A DNA stretch of 64,000 bases from Methanobacteriota archaeon (GTDB lineage Archaea > Thermoplasmatota > Thermoplasmata > SG8-5 > JAGLSY01): contig JAEHCO010000002.1 of the NCBI GenBank assembly GCA_020697715.1, positions 32,001 to 96,000 on the forward strand, given 5' to 3'. This document shows positions 36,474 to 47,285 of this stretch, one piece after another (the first letter of the stretch is position 1; every line of letters starts with the position of its first letter). Position numbers and translations under genes: made by a program. The notes beneath the pieces were generated by a model. The model did not search any database, was not told the DNA's origin, and worked only from the letters and a program-made list of their open reading frames with translations.

Positions 36474-37409
36474 TCATCGCCCCCTGAAATGCTCATAGCC
36501 CTTGTCTTCCAGAGTGATATGCTGGCTACCTGATGATATATGCACGATATTATCATCCACCACTCTGCCGATGGGGGTCACTTTTGTCCCTGCCAGGCCT
36601 GTTGATGGAATGGATCCCAATTTATTGGGATCCGCGGTGAAAAGAAGTTCGAACTCCCCGCCCAGATGAAGGCATTTTTGTCTATCTTCATCTGATAGGC
36701 CGCCGATGAAGGGTATGCTTTCCATATCCAGTTCGAAGCCAATTTTTCCAGATCTCTTCAGGTGATGGACCGAAGTGCTCAGGCCATCCGATAGATCAAT
36801 GCAGGATGTGACTGCCCCGCTCTGTGCCAGCATCTGTCCTTCTCTGACCCTGGGCTGAACTCTGAGGAGGGATTCGATATCCAATTCGGCCTTGGTCTTG
36901 TACCATCCGAGTTGACTTCCCAATTCCCCTGTGAGGAATACGATGTCACCAGGCTTTGCCCCGCTTCGTTTCATGATGTCATTCTTTCCAACCAGTCCTA
37001 GTGCGGTCCCGGTTATACTGATAGTGTCATTTTCTTTGGTATCGCCGCCGAGAACCCTGGCTCCATGTGCCTTGCAGCAATCGTCGATACCTTTTGATAT
37101 ATCGTCGAGAAAGTCAATATCCATGTCCGATGGTAGCCCCAGCGCGAAGAGCATACCAAGGGGAAAACCACCCATGCTGGCAATATCACTGAGATTGATA
37201 GCGGTGACATACCATCCAATTAACCACCCGCGCGTGCCCTCTGGTATATGTGTTCTCTGATTGATCATATCCGTGGTGGCAAGCAGATACTCCTTGCCAA
37301 GATCCACCATCGCGCAGTCATCGCCGATGAGCATCTGGCCATCTGGATCGAATGTCTCCATTAATTTCAGGATAGCCTGCTTCTCCCCCATATCGCCAAG
37401 GATGGTCAT
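36474..37409 (-). CDS. thiL: Thiamine-monophosphate kinase
   Basis: GDDCA, NLSDIASMGG, GGDT, DLSDGL, GYEHF. Confidence 0.95.
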   Translation of the reverse strand: MTILGDMGEKQAILKLMETFDPDGQMLIGDDCAMVDLGKEYLLATTDMINQRTHIPEGTRGWLIGWYVTAINLSDIASMGGFPLGMLFALGLPSDMDIDFLDDISKGIDDCCKAHGARVLGGDTKENDTISITGTALGLVGKNDIMKRSGAKPGDIVFLTGELGSQLGWYKTKAELDIESLLRVQPRVREGQMLAQSGAVTSCIDLSDGLSTSVHHLKRSGKIGFELDMESIPFIGGLSDEDRQKCLHLGGEFELLFTADPNKLGSIPSTGLAGTKVTPIGRVVDDNIVHISSGSQHITLEDKGYEHFRGR

Positions 37410-37498
37410 TGACTGGATAATATGGATGGATGATAAATAATTTGTCAACCTGGCAAACATTTAAATAAAGACAATCTTATAATTGTGTTGGTGATAGT

Positions 37499-38602
37499 AT
37501 GGTCCAGGCGAGGAAGATCAGACCGAAGTTCTTTCGGAAGAGATCCCAGAAGCCCTTCGAGCTAAGGCAGGAAGAGACTGGGTCTCCTCCAGGTACATTA
37601 TTGCCTTCAAAATTCCCCCGAAAGGAAAAGGCCAAGATCACGATAATCGATTATTCACAAGATGAGTACAATGAATCCTCGACCTACGATGTGGAGGATT
37701 GTGCAAAATATAGGGATTCCAAATCTGTTACGTGGATAAATATAGACAGCGTGGATGATGTGGACACTCTCTCCAAACTCGGAGAATATTTTGATGTACA
37801 CCCGCTGGCACTGGAGGATATCCAGGATACGGATCAAAGGCCAAAACTTGAGGAATATGAAGATCTGTATCTCATAGTGACGAAATTGCTGAGATTCAGG
37901 GATATAATCGTCAGTGAACAGGTCAGCATGCTCCTTGGCAAAAAATATGTGATCACTATCCAGATGACGGAAGAGGATTGCTTCGACCCTATCAGAGATC
38001 GTCTAAGAAGCGGGACTGGTAGGATAAGATCAATGGGTCCAGATTATCTCGCATATTCCTTAATGGATGTACTAACAGATGAATATTACCCAATACTTCA
38101 GATATATGGAGATGAGCTTGAAAGGCTTGAGGACACTGTCTTCAAAGATCCTCGACCCCACATGCTTCAGAAGATCCAAAGAGGAAAAAGAGACCTCCTG
38201 CTTATTCGAAGGTCCATCTTGCCAAATCGTGAGGTCCTCGGTAAGCTGATGAGAGATGATGAAACTGGCCTGATAGCCGAGTCCACCAAAAGATATCTCA
38301 GAGACTGCCAGGACAATACCATCCAGATAAGTGATATCATCGAGACATATCGAGATATGAGCTCATCACTTCAAGACCTTTATTTATCCAGCATAAGCCA
38401 TAGGATGAACGAGGTCATGAAAGTCCTTACCATCATTGCCACGATATTCATACCACTTACTTTCATCACCGGACTTTATGGAATGAACTTCGATGCCATG
38501 CCGGAGCTTCACTGGGAATGGGGATATTATTTCTCATTGGCCGCCATGCTCCTGGTATCGCTATCCATGCTGTTATATTTCAAAAAGAAGAGATGGCTTT
38601 AA
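37499..38602 (+). CDS. corA: Mg2+/Co2+ transporter CorA
   Basis: HPLALEDI, QRPK, MNEVMKVLT, YGMNF, MPEL. Confidence 0.97.
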   Translation: MVQARKIRPKFFRKRSQKPFELRQEETGSPPGTLLPSKFPRKEKAKITIIDYSQDEYNESSTYDVEDCAKYRDSKSVTWINIDSVDDVDTLSKLGEYFDVHPLALEDIQDTDQRPKLEEYEDLYLIVTKLLRFRDIIVSEQVSMLLGKKYVITIQMTEEDCFDPIRDRLRSGTGRIRSMGPDYLAYSLMDVLTDEYYPILQIYGDELERLEDTVFKDPRPHMLQKIQRGKRDLLLIRRSILPNREVLGKLMRDDETGLIAESTKRYLRDCQDNTIQISDIIETYRDMSSSLQDLYLSSISHRMNEVMKVLTIIATIFIPLTFITGLYGMNFDAMPELHWEWGYYFSLAAMLLVSLSMLLYFKKKRWL

Positions 38603-38616
38603 GTTTAAAGTCCATA

Positions 38617-39069
38617 ATGCCTGCGCGAAATGGAGATATCATTGTGAATTCGGATCGATACACGAACTTGATCAGATACAATAGGCTCAAACTGCTTTTT
38701 TCAAGAGTGCTTTTTTTAACTGGAGCATTTCTTTTAGTATTAGATATATATTTCATATTTAATATAAAATATTGGGAATTAAATATATTATGGGCGAATT
38801 TCCTTCTTGGCTGTATGTTCGTCATTCTATCATTTTCCAGCAAGCTCAGGCGTATGTTCTTGTCATTCAGAAAAAAAGAGAATCCGTATATGAGAAAAGG
38901 AGAGTGCAAGGAATGTGGCACTTGCTGTCGCCTTCCTATTCCATGTCTTTTCTTCTATGGCGGACGCTGTCTGATCCATAAAAGAAGACCAAAGCAATGC
39001 AGGGAATTTCCTGATGGCCCAGGTCAGCTGGTCAGCCATAAATGTGGATATTATTTTGAGAAGAAATGA
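38617..39069 (+). CDS. Membrane protein with YkgJ-like CxxCxxCC cysteine cluster
   Basis: Two TMs, CKECGTCC, CLIH..RP..CREFP; start uncertain. Confidence 0.75.
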   Translation: MPARNGDIIVNSDRYTNLIRYNRLKLLFSRVLFLTGAFLLVLDIYFIFNIKYWELNILWANFLLGCMFVILSFSSKLRRMFLSFRKKENPYMRKGECKECGTCCRLPIPCLFFYGGRCLIHKRRPKQCREFPDGPGQLVSHKCGYYFEKK

Positions 39070-39133
39070 GATCAAACAGATCTTCTAATATTCCGCCCAA
39101 ATATTATTAAGCCAAACACCGATTGCCAATGCG

Positions 39134-40936
39134 ATGGTGATGATCCGGGTACTTGACAATGCCACTATTGACAAGATCGCAGCTGGTGAAGTTATAGAGA
39201 GGCCCGCCTCTGCTGTGAAGGAACTGGTAGAGAATTCTTTGGATGCTGGAGCCAGAGAGATCACCATTAAGATAATTGGTTCTGGCAAGAAGCTTATTCA
39301 GATAATCGATGATGGGCAGGGGATGATGCCCAGTGACGCGGAACTTGCATTTCAAAGGCATGCGACATCGAAATTGTCAAGCATCGAAGACCTTGACACT
39401 ATTTCCACCATGGGCTTCAGGGGAGAAGCTCTTTCCAGTATCGCATCTGTTTCCGAGGTGACCATATCCACCCGGCATGAGAGCCAGGAGGTTGGAACGT
39501 GTCTCACGTTCCAAGGTGGCAAGATCGTGGAAAAAGGAGAGCTGGGTATGGGCTCCGGGACCAATATCCAGATCAAAGACCTCTTTTCAAATGTTCCGGC
39601 CAGGTTGAAATTTCTTAAGGGCGACAGGGTGGAGATGTCGCATATTATACGAATTGTCACTGAAAGAGCACTGGCCAACCCCAATGTGTCCTTCACTTTA
39701 CTGAATGACGATGTGGAGGTCATCAATTGCAGGGCCAGCCAGCATCTTGAGGATAGATTCCTGGACATATTCGGAAGAAAAGCAGCAAAGGCCAGCGTGA
39801 AGATAGACGCTGGGCATACGGATATTTTAGTTCATGGCATCCTGGCCAAGCCCGAAATAAGCAAGCCATCCAGGGACGATCTGCACATATTTGTCAATCT
39901 GCGCCCGATCTCCAATCGCATGCTGGCTGCAGCTGTTGCTGATGGTTATGCCGGTATGCTGATGAAGAACCGGCATCCTGTAGGCGTGATATTCATCCAG
40001 ATCCCTGCGGACAAGGTGGATATCAATGTGCATCCTTCAAAAAAGGATGCAAAATTCTCGGATCCAAAACCGATAGCTAATCTTTTAAAAGAGGCTGTCG
40101 CGGAGGCTCTGGGTAACACCGACCTGATAAGAGAGGTCGGTGGTGATTTCCAGCGTACATTGGAGTCAAGAGCGTATGTGGGCCAGCCGCCAGCTCGGAG
40201 GATCGACAGAGATATGTCTGACTCTGCTGGTGTTCGGCCTGCCATATCACGTACTTCCACTCACTGGCCGCCCAAGCCCCGATCCACACCTTCACAGACT
40301 CATCTTTTCAAGGAGGATGCCGAAACCTGTGAAGATCATGAGGTTCCGGGATCCGGCCCCATGCCTTCGATGGTTCCGATCGGCCAGATAATAAACACTT
40401 ACATCCTGGCACAGAGCGGGAAGGATCTTCTCATCATCGACCAGCACGCGGCGCATGAGCGCGTGATGCTGGAAAGGCTTCGAAATGCGGATACAAAGAT
40501 AACCCAGCAGAAGCTCATCACCCCCATAACACTGGAACTCGGCCCCCGCGAAAGAGAATTGGTGGATCATTATCGCCCCATCCTGGAAGATGCGGGCTTC
40601 ACCATCGAGCCCTTTGGTCGAACTACCTATCTGGTCAGAGCCGTCCCGGTCTTCAGCGGAAGCCTGGAAGAGGCGGAGAATATCCTGGCCATGGTGCAGG
40701 AACTCGCAGAAATAGGAAAGGCCAGGTCAATAGAAACAAAACGCGATGAGATACTGCAACTCATCGCCTGCCACTCGTCCATTCGCGCCGGGGAGAAGCT
40801 GAGCATGGGTCGGATGAAACGACTCATAAGCGAAATGCATGAGCTGGACAATCCTTTTAATTGCGCTCATGGAAGGCCGACGATAATCAAGATGACCGAT
40901 AGAGATCTTGAGAAGATGTTCAAGCGAATTGTGTGA
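39134..40936 (+). CDS. mutL: DNA mismatch repair endonuclease MutL
   Basis: IAAGEVIERP, GFRGEAL, DINVHP, DQHAAHER, ACH, CAHGRP. Confidence 0.98.
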   Translation: MVMIRVLDNATIDKIAAGEVIERPASAVKELVENSLDAGAREITIKIIGSGKKLIQIIDDGQGMMPSDAELAFQRHATSKLSSIEDLDTISTMGFRGEALSSIASVSEVTISTRHESQEVGTCLTFQGGKIVEKGELGMGSGTNIQIKDLFSNVPARLKFLKGDRVEMSHIIRIVTERALANPNVSFTLLNDDVEVINCRASQHLEDRFLDIFGRKAAKASVKIDAGHTDILVHGILAKPEISKPSRDDLHIFVNLRPISNRMLAAAVADGYAGMLMKNRHPVGVIFIQIPADKVDINVHPSKKDAKFSDPKPIANLLKEAVAEALGNTDLIREVGGDFQRTLESRAYVGQPPARRIDRDMSDSAGVRPAISRTSTHWPPKPRSTPSQTHLFKEDAETCEDHEVPGSGPMPSMVPIGQIINTYILAQSGKDLLIIDQHAAHERVMLERLRNADTKITQQKLITPITLELGPRERELVDHYRPILEDAGFTIEPFGRTTYLVRAVPVFSGSLEEAENILAMVQELAEIGKARSIETKRDEILQLIACHSSIRAGEKLSMGRMKRLISEMHELDNPFNCAHGRPTIIKMTDRDLEKMFKRIV

Positions 40937-40983
40937 ACTATAACTGGAAATAGATCATATCTAGCTCATGGATGGCTATCTTT

Positions 40984-43782
40984 TTACCAATCAACCGTCC
41001 ATATAGTATCAATTTGAGTATACACCCAGTATCCTTCACCCGGCACCATTATGTAATTTGGCTCCACTACAATTTGATTGTAGGGTGCTGTGGTATTACA
41101 GACCTCCACGATGCTCACGCCAGTTCCCCAGAATGCATCGGCTACAGATACCCCATTGTTCAATGTCGGATAGCTCACAAGGTTCCATCCGGCATACAAT
41201 TGGATATCTGTCGATGGAGCTAGATTGCCATAGACCATCAGTTCCACATCTGGCTCTATGATATTTATCCAGAATCCCATCTTATGGTCTATGAAAAATA
41301 GATCATCCAATGTATCTGGCCTTAAGATAATATTACTCGCCCAATGGTTAGTATCAGCCGCATCATATGCCATCACCATGTCCCATTTACCATCAATGCT
41401 CTGAAGCACATAACTCAAGGACTGGCTCGATGGAGCCATAGGCAAGGATATGAGATTCCATCCTACTGAAAGAGGTATGATGAAACTATCGCCCGTGGAA
41501 TTATCGACCCCGAACTCCTCATATGAATGATTCACCGCGGTAGGAAAGTCTGTATCATATATCTCGACCCTGAGGTCCCAGCTGTCTAGATCATTCAGAG
41601 CCTGCATTGGATCATGTATGTCATTGGCCGCACCATTTACAAATTCCTGGCCGTCCGCGGCATATACCTCAGATCCAAATGTCACATTTATGTAAAGATA
41701 ATAATGATCCCAGGGTACTCCTTCAATATACCAGCTATCCAGCATGAAGCCTTCTGCTGACCCTAAAGGATAGGTCATCATTGCGTAGTCATTGCCCATG
41801 CCTACGCCTTCTGACCATTCGATCGAGAATTGTTTGGTCCATTTCTCTTCTCCCGCCCCTGGGTCAGGGAATGGTATGCCAATACCATCATCATACCAGC
41901 CAGTGATATTGACTACGGTATTGTCCATGCCATCAAAGATTTGATCCACGCCACCTATTGAATAATTCACTTCTGTTCGGAAGGTGTAAGTGTTACTGAC
42001 TGGCACCACGGTGTTCAGGGTCGAAGTATGTGTAGGGTCGGACTGCTCCCACATATCCACATCAAAGATATGTGGCATCTCCACTATCACGGAAAGCGTC
42101 GTGCTGGAATCCATGACCACAGATCCTCCATAAGTGCCCAGTGTGTAGGTTATAGTGGCTTCATACATACCTTCGACTGTAGCAGCAGGAACATCCACCC
42201 ACCAGGCAATATCTGTGGAGCTCCGCCCATTGTAGTCCGAGCCCCAGGGTCCCTCTGCAATGGTTCCGTTACCTGGTGCCGGGACCATCCAGTTAGCAAA
42301 TGACTGGCTGGTATTCCCCCACACACCAAGTGGTATATCGGCTCCAGGGAAAGCCGTGCCAGCGGCCCAAGATAAATTGATCTGGGTATTCGAATTATCT
42401 GCCAGTGGGCTCATAGAGGCCACATGCACATTGCTTGCCAAGATAGTACCAAAGCCACTGGTTCTCTGAAGGTCTGTAATTGACACATTCAGATAATAAT
42501 CTTGATTTGAAGATAAGGATACCTGGCTATTTGGCATGGCAAAGTTCTGAATCGACCCAGGGGGTGCGATAACCATTGGATCAAATGCGGCATTGATGTC
42601 CTTATTGGGTAAAATTCCGAACTCCTCGTAGGCATTGGCCTCTGTACTGGGCTGGTTTGCATCACATATTCTGATATTGAAATTCCAGGAATTTAGATCG
42701 TTAAATGAGGTCACAGCATTATTGATATCTGCAGATGCCCCATTGCCGAATCCATTACCGTCAGCAACACGGGTCTGAGGTCCAAATGTTATGTTCATAT
42801 ATACATAATAATGGTCTCCGGGACCTGGTTCCAGCCACCAACTGTCTATTTGAAATTCATCAGTGCCTGGGCTTCCGATCGGATTGATCAATCCAATAGT
42901 GTCTGCTCCCGGAACAATACCCTCAGACCATAATGCCGAGAAGGCTCTTGTCCTATCATGGTCATCGGTCACTGGCATAGAACTTGATTCAATACCTTCG
43001 TCATACCAGGCAGTTAGTAATATCCATACATCATCTTCTCCATCTGCATAGAATTGATCGACACCATCTACGGTGTAATTCACTTCAGCAAAGAAGGTGT
43101 AGGTGTTATCAGCTTCAACTTCCATGTTCAGAAGGGACGGGGCAGCTATGCCAAATGATTGGTCCCACATATCTATGTCGAAACATGAAATAGAAGATTC
43201 TGCAGCTATGCCAGGTATCTGAACATCGATATCGAAATTTCCACCATTTGGAGAGTGAAATATCTGATCAGCTGGCGCGTAAGTTCCATCTGCTTGAGGT
43301 ATTGCACCTTTGAAAGCACAATACCCGTTCGATGAGCCACCAGGCACATTAAAGGAGGCCCCATTCACCCAGATCTTGAAGTCCTTATCGAAGAATGCAT
43401 CATCATTTGAATCAACGGAGTATGAAAGCGACGCATATCCAAAATCAATGAAGGAATCATCGATGTTTGCCTCTTGCAAGCCCACTCCTGGTGAGAAACC
43501 TTCATCATAGTAACAATGCCATTCATCCTCTCCATCTTCCGGCCAGTATTTTCCGTCATAATCTACATCAACACATAATATTATCTCGAAGTTTGCACTT
43601 GTTTCTGTTGTCAACTGAGTAATACTATCTGTCTCCCAGAACCACATAGATAGAGATGAGACAACAGGAAAGCCATAAGAATTATCTTCAGGTACTGGTG
43701 ACCCGGCAATATAAAGAGTAGATGGCACGATCATACATATAAAAATTATCAAAGCCCCGATTATTCTGACCCTTTCCCACAT
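40984..43782 (-). CDS. 932-aa secreted protein with internal domain duplication
   Basis: Signal peptide; repeated FD(I/V)DMW..TYTF..EVNY..WYD..EEFG module; C-terminal GWNLIS/GWNLVS pair. Confidence 0.85.
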   Translation of the reverse strand: MWERVRIIGALIIFICMIVPSTLYIAGSPVPEDNSYGFPVVSSLSMWFWETDSITQLTTETSANFEIILCVDVDYDGKYWPEDGEDEWHCYYDEGFSPGVGLQEANIDDSFIDFGYASLSYSVDSNDDAFFDKDFKIWVNGASFNVPGGSSNGYCAFKGAIPQADGTYAPADQIFHSPNGGNFDIDVQIPGIAAESSISCFDIDMWDQSFGIAAPSLLNMEVEADNTYTFFAEVNYTVDGVDQFYADGEDDVWILLTAWYDEGIESSSMPVTDDHDRTRAFSALWSEGIVPGADTIGLINPIGSPGTDEFQIDSWWLEPGPGDHYYVYMNITFGPQTRVADGNGFGNGASADINNAVTSFNDLNSWNFNIRICDANQPSTEANAYEEFGILPNKDINAAFDPMVIAPPGSIQNFAMPNSQVSLSSNQDYYLNVSITDLQRTSGFGTILASNVHVASMSPLADNSNTQINLSWAAGTAFPGADIPLGVWGNTSQSFANWMVPAPGNGTIAEGPWGSDYNGRSSTDIAWWVDVPAATVEGMYEATITYTLGTYGGSVVMDSSTTLSVIVEMPHIFDVDMWEQSDPTHTSTLNTVVPVSNTYTFRTEVNYSIGGVDQIFDGMDNTVVNITGWYDDGIGIPFPDPGAGEEKWTKQFSIEWSEGVGMGNDYAMMTYPLGSAEGFMLDSWYIEGVPWDHYYLYINVTFGSEVYAADGQEFVNGAANDIHDPMQALNDLDSWDLRVEIYDTDFPTAVNHSYEEFGVDNSTGDSFIIPLSVGWNLISLPMAPSSQSLSYVLQSIDGKWDMVMAYDAADTNHWASNIILRPDTLDDLFFIDHKMGFWINIIEPDVELMVYGNLAPSTDIQLYAGWNLVSYPTLNNGVSVADAFWGTGVSIVEVCNTTAPYNQIVVEPNYIMVPGEGYWVYTQIDTIWTVDW

Positions 43783-43886
43783 ATTCTATGGTATTGATTA
43801 TAAAGTATAAAGATTTATTTAATATTAGATAAAATTAACGAAAGTTTTAATATCCACCGCATTATTTATCCGATTGGAAATGCCCA

Positions 43887-44561
43887 ATGCCTGACGACGA
43901 TGATACCGATAAACGGAGCCAGAACAATAATAATGACAAGCCTAAAGAAGATTTTTCAGATAAGCTTGAGCGCTGGGACATGTATTGCGAGATATCGGAC
44001 GTAGGGTCGATATCCAGACGTTATTTCGTGATGAATGCATTTGATGGTGCATTGACCATGCTTGGAGTTGTAATTGGTGCCAGCATGGCTCCCGAAGCCG
44101 TGGATCCGCTTTTCATAATATTAGCTGGTCTTTCCGGAGCCTTCGCCATGTGCATATCCGGAATAAGCGGCGCGTACATGACCGAGAGCGCGGAGCGTGA
44201 AAGAGAGCTTAAATCCCTGGAGCGAGCATTGCTTTGCAAGCTGGATGACACAGTGCATAAGGAAGCGTCGAAGTTCGCGACCATACTGACATCTCTTGTG
44301 GATGGCTTCAGCCCCGCACTGGCTGCCCTTATTGTGATCAGTCCATTCTTCTTGGTCAATGCAGGCTACATGACGATGGATATGGCCTTTCCAGTTTCCA
44401 TATCCCTGACCATGCTTGTGCTTCTTATCCTTGGATTGTACTTGGCAAAGATATCCGATCAGAGCCTGGCCAAATATGGATTGAGAATGTTGATAGTTGG
44501 TCTGGTGACCGCCCTGATGTGTGCCGTGGTGGCAATAGCCCTTGGTGCGCCGGCAGTTTAG
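43887..44561 (+). CDS. VIT1/CCC1-family metal transporter
   Basis: RRYFVMNAFDG, GISGAYMTESAER, about five TMs. Confidence 0.85.
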   Translation: MPDDDDTDKRSQNNNNDKPKEDFSDKLERWDMYCEISDVGSISRRYFVMNAFDGALTMLGVVIGASMAPEAVDPLFIILAGLSGAFAMCISGISGAYMTESAERERELKSLERALLCKLDDTVHKEASKFATILTSLVDGFSPALAALIVISPFFLVNAGYMTMDMAFPVSISLTMLVLLILGLYLAKISDQSLAKYGLRMLIVGLVTALMCAVVAIALGAPAV

Positions 44562-44773
44562 GGAAAGCGGATAAGGATTTATTGAAGTTTATTTAATAAA
44601 CATAATACGACTTAATTAGAATATCAGGATTAATTCATTTACCCTGTTTTAATTAGGCCAGGTAATTCAAAATAATGTTGGATGTGCACATATTAACATT
44701 CGTTAAACGCTGTTACATTGTTCGAAGATTGTACCAAACCGTATATAAACACCGGGTATCATATAGTTGATTA

Positions 44774-44829
44774 GAGGCTTTTATCTATTATTCTGCCCAC
44801 ATAATAGAGCCCCTTCGCGGGGTAGCCTC
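44774..44829 (+). promoter_or_regulatory. Structured 5' leader (three-way junction)
   Basis: GAGGCT/AGCCTC closing TCTATTAT/ATAATAGA and CCCC/GGGG hairpins, about 25 nt after TATATAAA. Confidence 0.5.
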
Positions 44830-44858
44830 CTCCATTCTCCCTTTATTAGAGGTTTTCT

Positions 44859-45905
44859 ATGAAGAAAATGGTAACATTCGGAATAGTAAGTGCCCTTGTT
44901 ATATCCAGCTTATTGCTTCTTTTTAGTTCTGGCATCATTGGCCAGGAAGAATATATGCCTCGTACGAACGATTATTCATATTATGAAGTGGCGGTGGATC
45001 CGCCTGATGGCCAGATATATTATCCGATCATCAATTATTCTGTTTCCAGAAATTCAGATTTCGTCTCTCTCTTCGATGAGATAGGCCTTGAGAATTTCGG
45101 TACTACTCCAGATTATCTGGAGAACTTCACCACATATTCGCACGATGACGAATATGGTTCCCTTGTCATCCACGAATCCCCGACCACGGCTATTGAATTC
45201 GATTCCGAGTCAGAGAACAGCCTGGAGTTCACCCTGTCCAGAGAAACTGGGGCACTGAAAAGTGGAAACTCGATAATAGTTGGGAATGAGGACGTGAGCG
45301 GCACCTTCATAATGCAAGGAGATGCGAGAGCCAATATCCTTGGAAGGACGATCACCTTCACCCTGGGAGATGGTGGCAGGGTGATATTCAGAGCCAGTCC
45401 AGATGGGGAAGCTGTCATAGGCGAGGCAATATCTGATGGAAAGATCGGCGGGGAGATATTCATATCCTCGGAAAATGGATATCTGCTGGAGGACATCGTG
45501 ACCTTCGAAGATCTCAAGATGCAGACTATCGCCGCAGACCCCGAGGTGGACCTTAAAGTATCCGGAGATCTGGATGCTGGCAGTGTTATTGTCATCCATG
45601 TCGACAAAGATATCCTTGGATTCGATTCAATAGAAGATATGGGTGTCCAGGTGGACGGTGAATATATCTCGCAAGGAAATGGCCTCAGCGAGACCCTTTA
45701 CGAAGGGGGAGATGGCCATGTTTACTTCATCACGGAAAATGAATATGGATACGATGTGGTGATATATCTTTCACATTTCTCAGATCACATGATAACAATA
45801 GGAAGTGCGGAGCAAAGCATTGGAATAGATGGATATGCAACCTTTTTATCGGCGCTTGCGATGGTGGGCATCGCCGCCGTGGCCTTGATCTACAACAGGG
45901 ATTGA
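44859..45905 (+). CDS. Acidic surface protein with signal peptide and C-terminal TM
   Basis: MKK-hydrophobic signal, beta-rich body, HFSDH motif, C-terminal TM. Confidence 0.8.
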   Translation: MKKMVTFGIVSALVISSLLLLFSSGIIGQEEYMPRTNDYSYYEVAVDPPDGQIYYPIINYSVSRNSDFVSLFDEIGLENFGTTPDYLENFTTYSHDDEYGSLVIHESPTTAIEFDSESENSLEFTLSRETGALKSGNSIIVGNEDVSGTFIMQGDARANILGRTITFTLGDGGRVIFRASPDGEAVIGEAISDGKIGGEIFISSENGYLLEDIVTFEDLKMQTIAADPEVDLKVSGDLDAGSVIVIHVDKDILGFDSIEDMGVQVDGEYISQGNGLSETLYEGGDGHVYFITENEYGYDVVIYLSHFSDHMITIGSAEQSIGIDGYATFLSALAMVGIAAVALIYNRD

Positions 45906-46520
45906 GGCATCCTCCAGATCCTTTTTATTGGGTCTGCCATGCTTGCAATACAGCCGTACTACGTCCCTAGCTAGAGCCATAGCTCCAGGTCTGAAGAGCA
46001 TGTGGGATGTTGTCTTTATTCTGTAAATATATAATTTGTACTTGCCGATCTCGATATCTCCATAGACTCTGAACTCATCATCCGGGTCGGTCATGAAGGC
46101 TTCTGCTTGGGTCGTGCGCCCGAGATTGATCGATACCTTTACAACAATTTCATTGAAGTATCTCGTCCAGATGGTGTCGATATCATCAACAATGGCTTTG
46201 TTCAGTCTCTTATTACCGACCTCGATGCTCATGACCTGGATGCAAGTGTCGCCGACCATGATCTCATCGCCCACCCTCAGCTCATGACCTGTTGGAAGCT
46301 CCACCCTGGTCCTTGTGGATTCTTCCAATTGGCTGATGATGGTCCTTATGGATATTAATTTTGGAATTTCCATCTCCATATCAAAGCCTTTCTCGCATTT
46401 TGAACATTTGAGAACTGCCTTTATTTTGTACTTGCCAGACATCCTGCTCTTGATAACTCTACAGATGGATTCCTCATTGCAGAAAGTGCATTTCGCGTAC
46501 AGGGATGATGGTATCTCCAT
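45846..46520 (-). CDS. HVO_0476-family zinc-finger protein
   Basis: CTFC..CSKC, LRVGDE, DIDTIW, F.V.G.I pattern. Confidence 0.8.
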   Translation of the reverse strand: MEIPSSLYAKCTFCNEESICRVIKSRMSGKYKIKAVLKCSKCEKGFDMEMEIPKLISIRTIISQLEESTRTRVELPTGHELRVGDEIMVGDTCIQVMSIEVGNKRLNKAIVDDIDTIWTRYFNEIVVKVSINLGRTTQAEAFMTDPDDEFRVYGDIEIGKYKLYIYRIKTTSHMLFRPGAMALARDVVRLYCKHGRPNKKDLEDASIPVVDQGHGGDAHHRKRR

Positions 46521-46558
46521 GTACCCGGTGATTCGCAAGGGGTTTAAAATGACTTCTA

Positions 46559-47200
46559 TCACTCAAGGCTTTTCAGTATCTCCTGAGCCGCGGCCTTCGG
46601 ATCCTCCGAATTGTAGATACTCCTTCCTACAATTATGAAATCCGCTCCTGCGTCGATAGTTGCCTTGGCAGATCCGCCCTGAGCCCCAACTCCCGGGCTC
46701 AGTATTAGAAGGTCTTCCACGATAACTCGTAACTGGCTGATCCTTTCTGGCCTGGTGGCTGGTGCTATTATGCCTGTAGCTCCAACATCGAAGGCTCGCC
46801 TTGCCAGAACGTCCGCCACTGGCTTTATGAACCATTTCGCGCCAGGATGGCTCATCTCGGCCACCACATAGACATCGATCCCATCAGCGGCTTTGATACA
46901 GGCTTCCATTGAATCCATGCCAACAAATGCATGGATTATAATTCCGCTGGCACCTGCCTTGACCGCCTGCTCGACTATCAGGCGGCTGGTATTGTCTATA
47001 TCAGCCACTTTGAAGTCGCAGATGACCGGGCCAAACTTGGAGAGCTCGGTCACAATGCCCAGGCCCTGGCTCAGTACAAGTGGGTAATTCACCTTGAAGG
47101 CATCGACCACTCCCTTCAAGTCTTCGGCAACTTGCAGGGCTTTTTCTCTATCCAGCATATCCATGGCGACTATCAGTCTTGTGCGAGGTGTCAGGGTCAT
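46559..47200 (-). CDS. pyrF: Orotidine-5'-phosphate decarboxylase
   Basis: DFKVADI, MSHPG, PATRPE, SPGVGAQGG, IVGRSI. Confidence 0.97.
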   Translation of the reverse strand: MTLTPRTRLIVAMDMLDREKALQVAEDLKGVVDAFKVNYPLVLSQGLGIVTELSKFGPVICDFKVADIDNTSRLIVEQAVKAGASGIIIHAFVGMDSMEACIKAADGIDVYVVAEMSHPGAKWFIKPVADVLARRAFDVGATGIIAPATRPERISQLRVIVEDLLILSPGVGAQGGSAKATIDAGADFIIVGRSIYNSEDPKAAAQEILKSLE

Positions 47201-47285
47201 GGCTGGGCATAATATGAGAGAGATATAAAGATTTACGGTTTACCTTGGTAACACTCAGGCAAAAAGTTTTTTATCCCGCCCTGTA

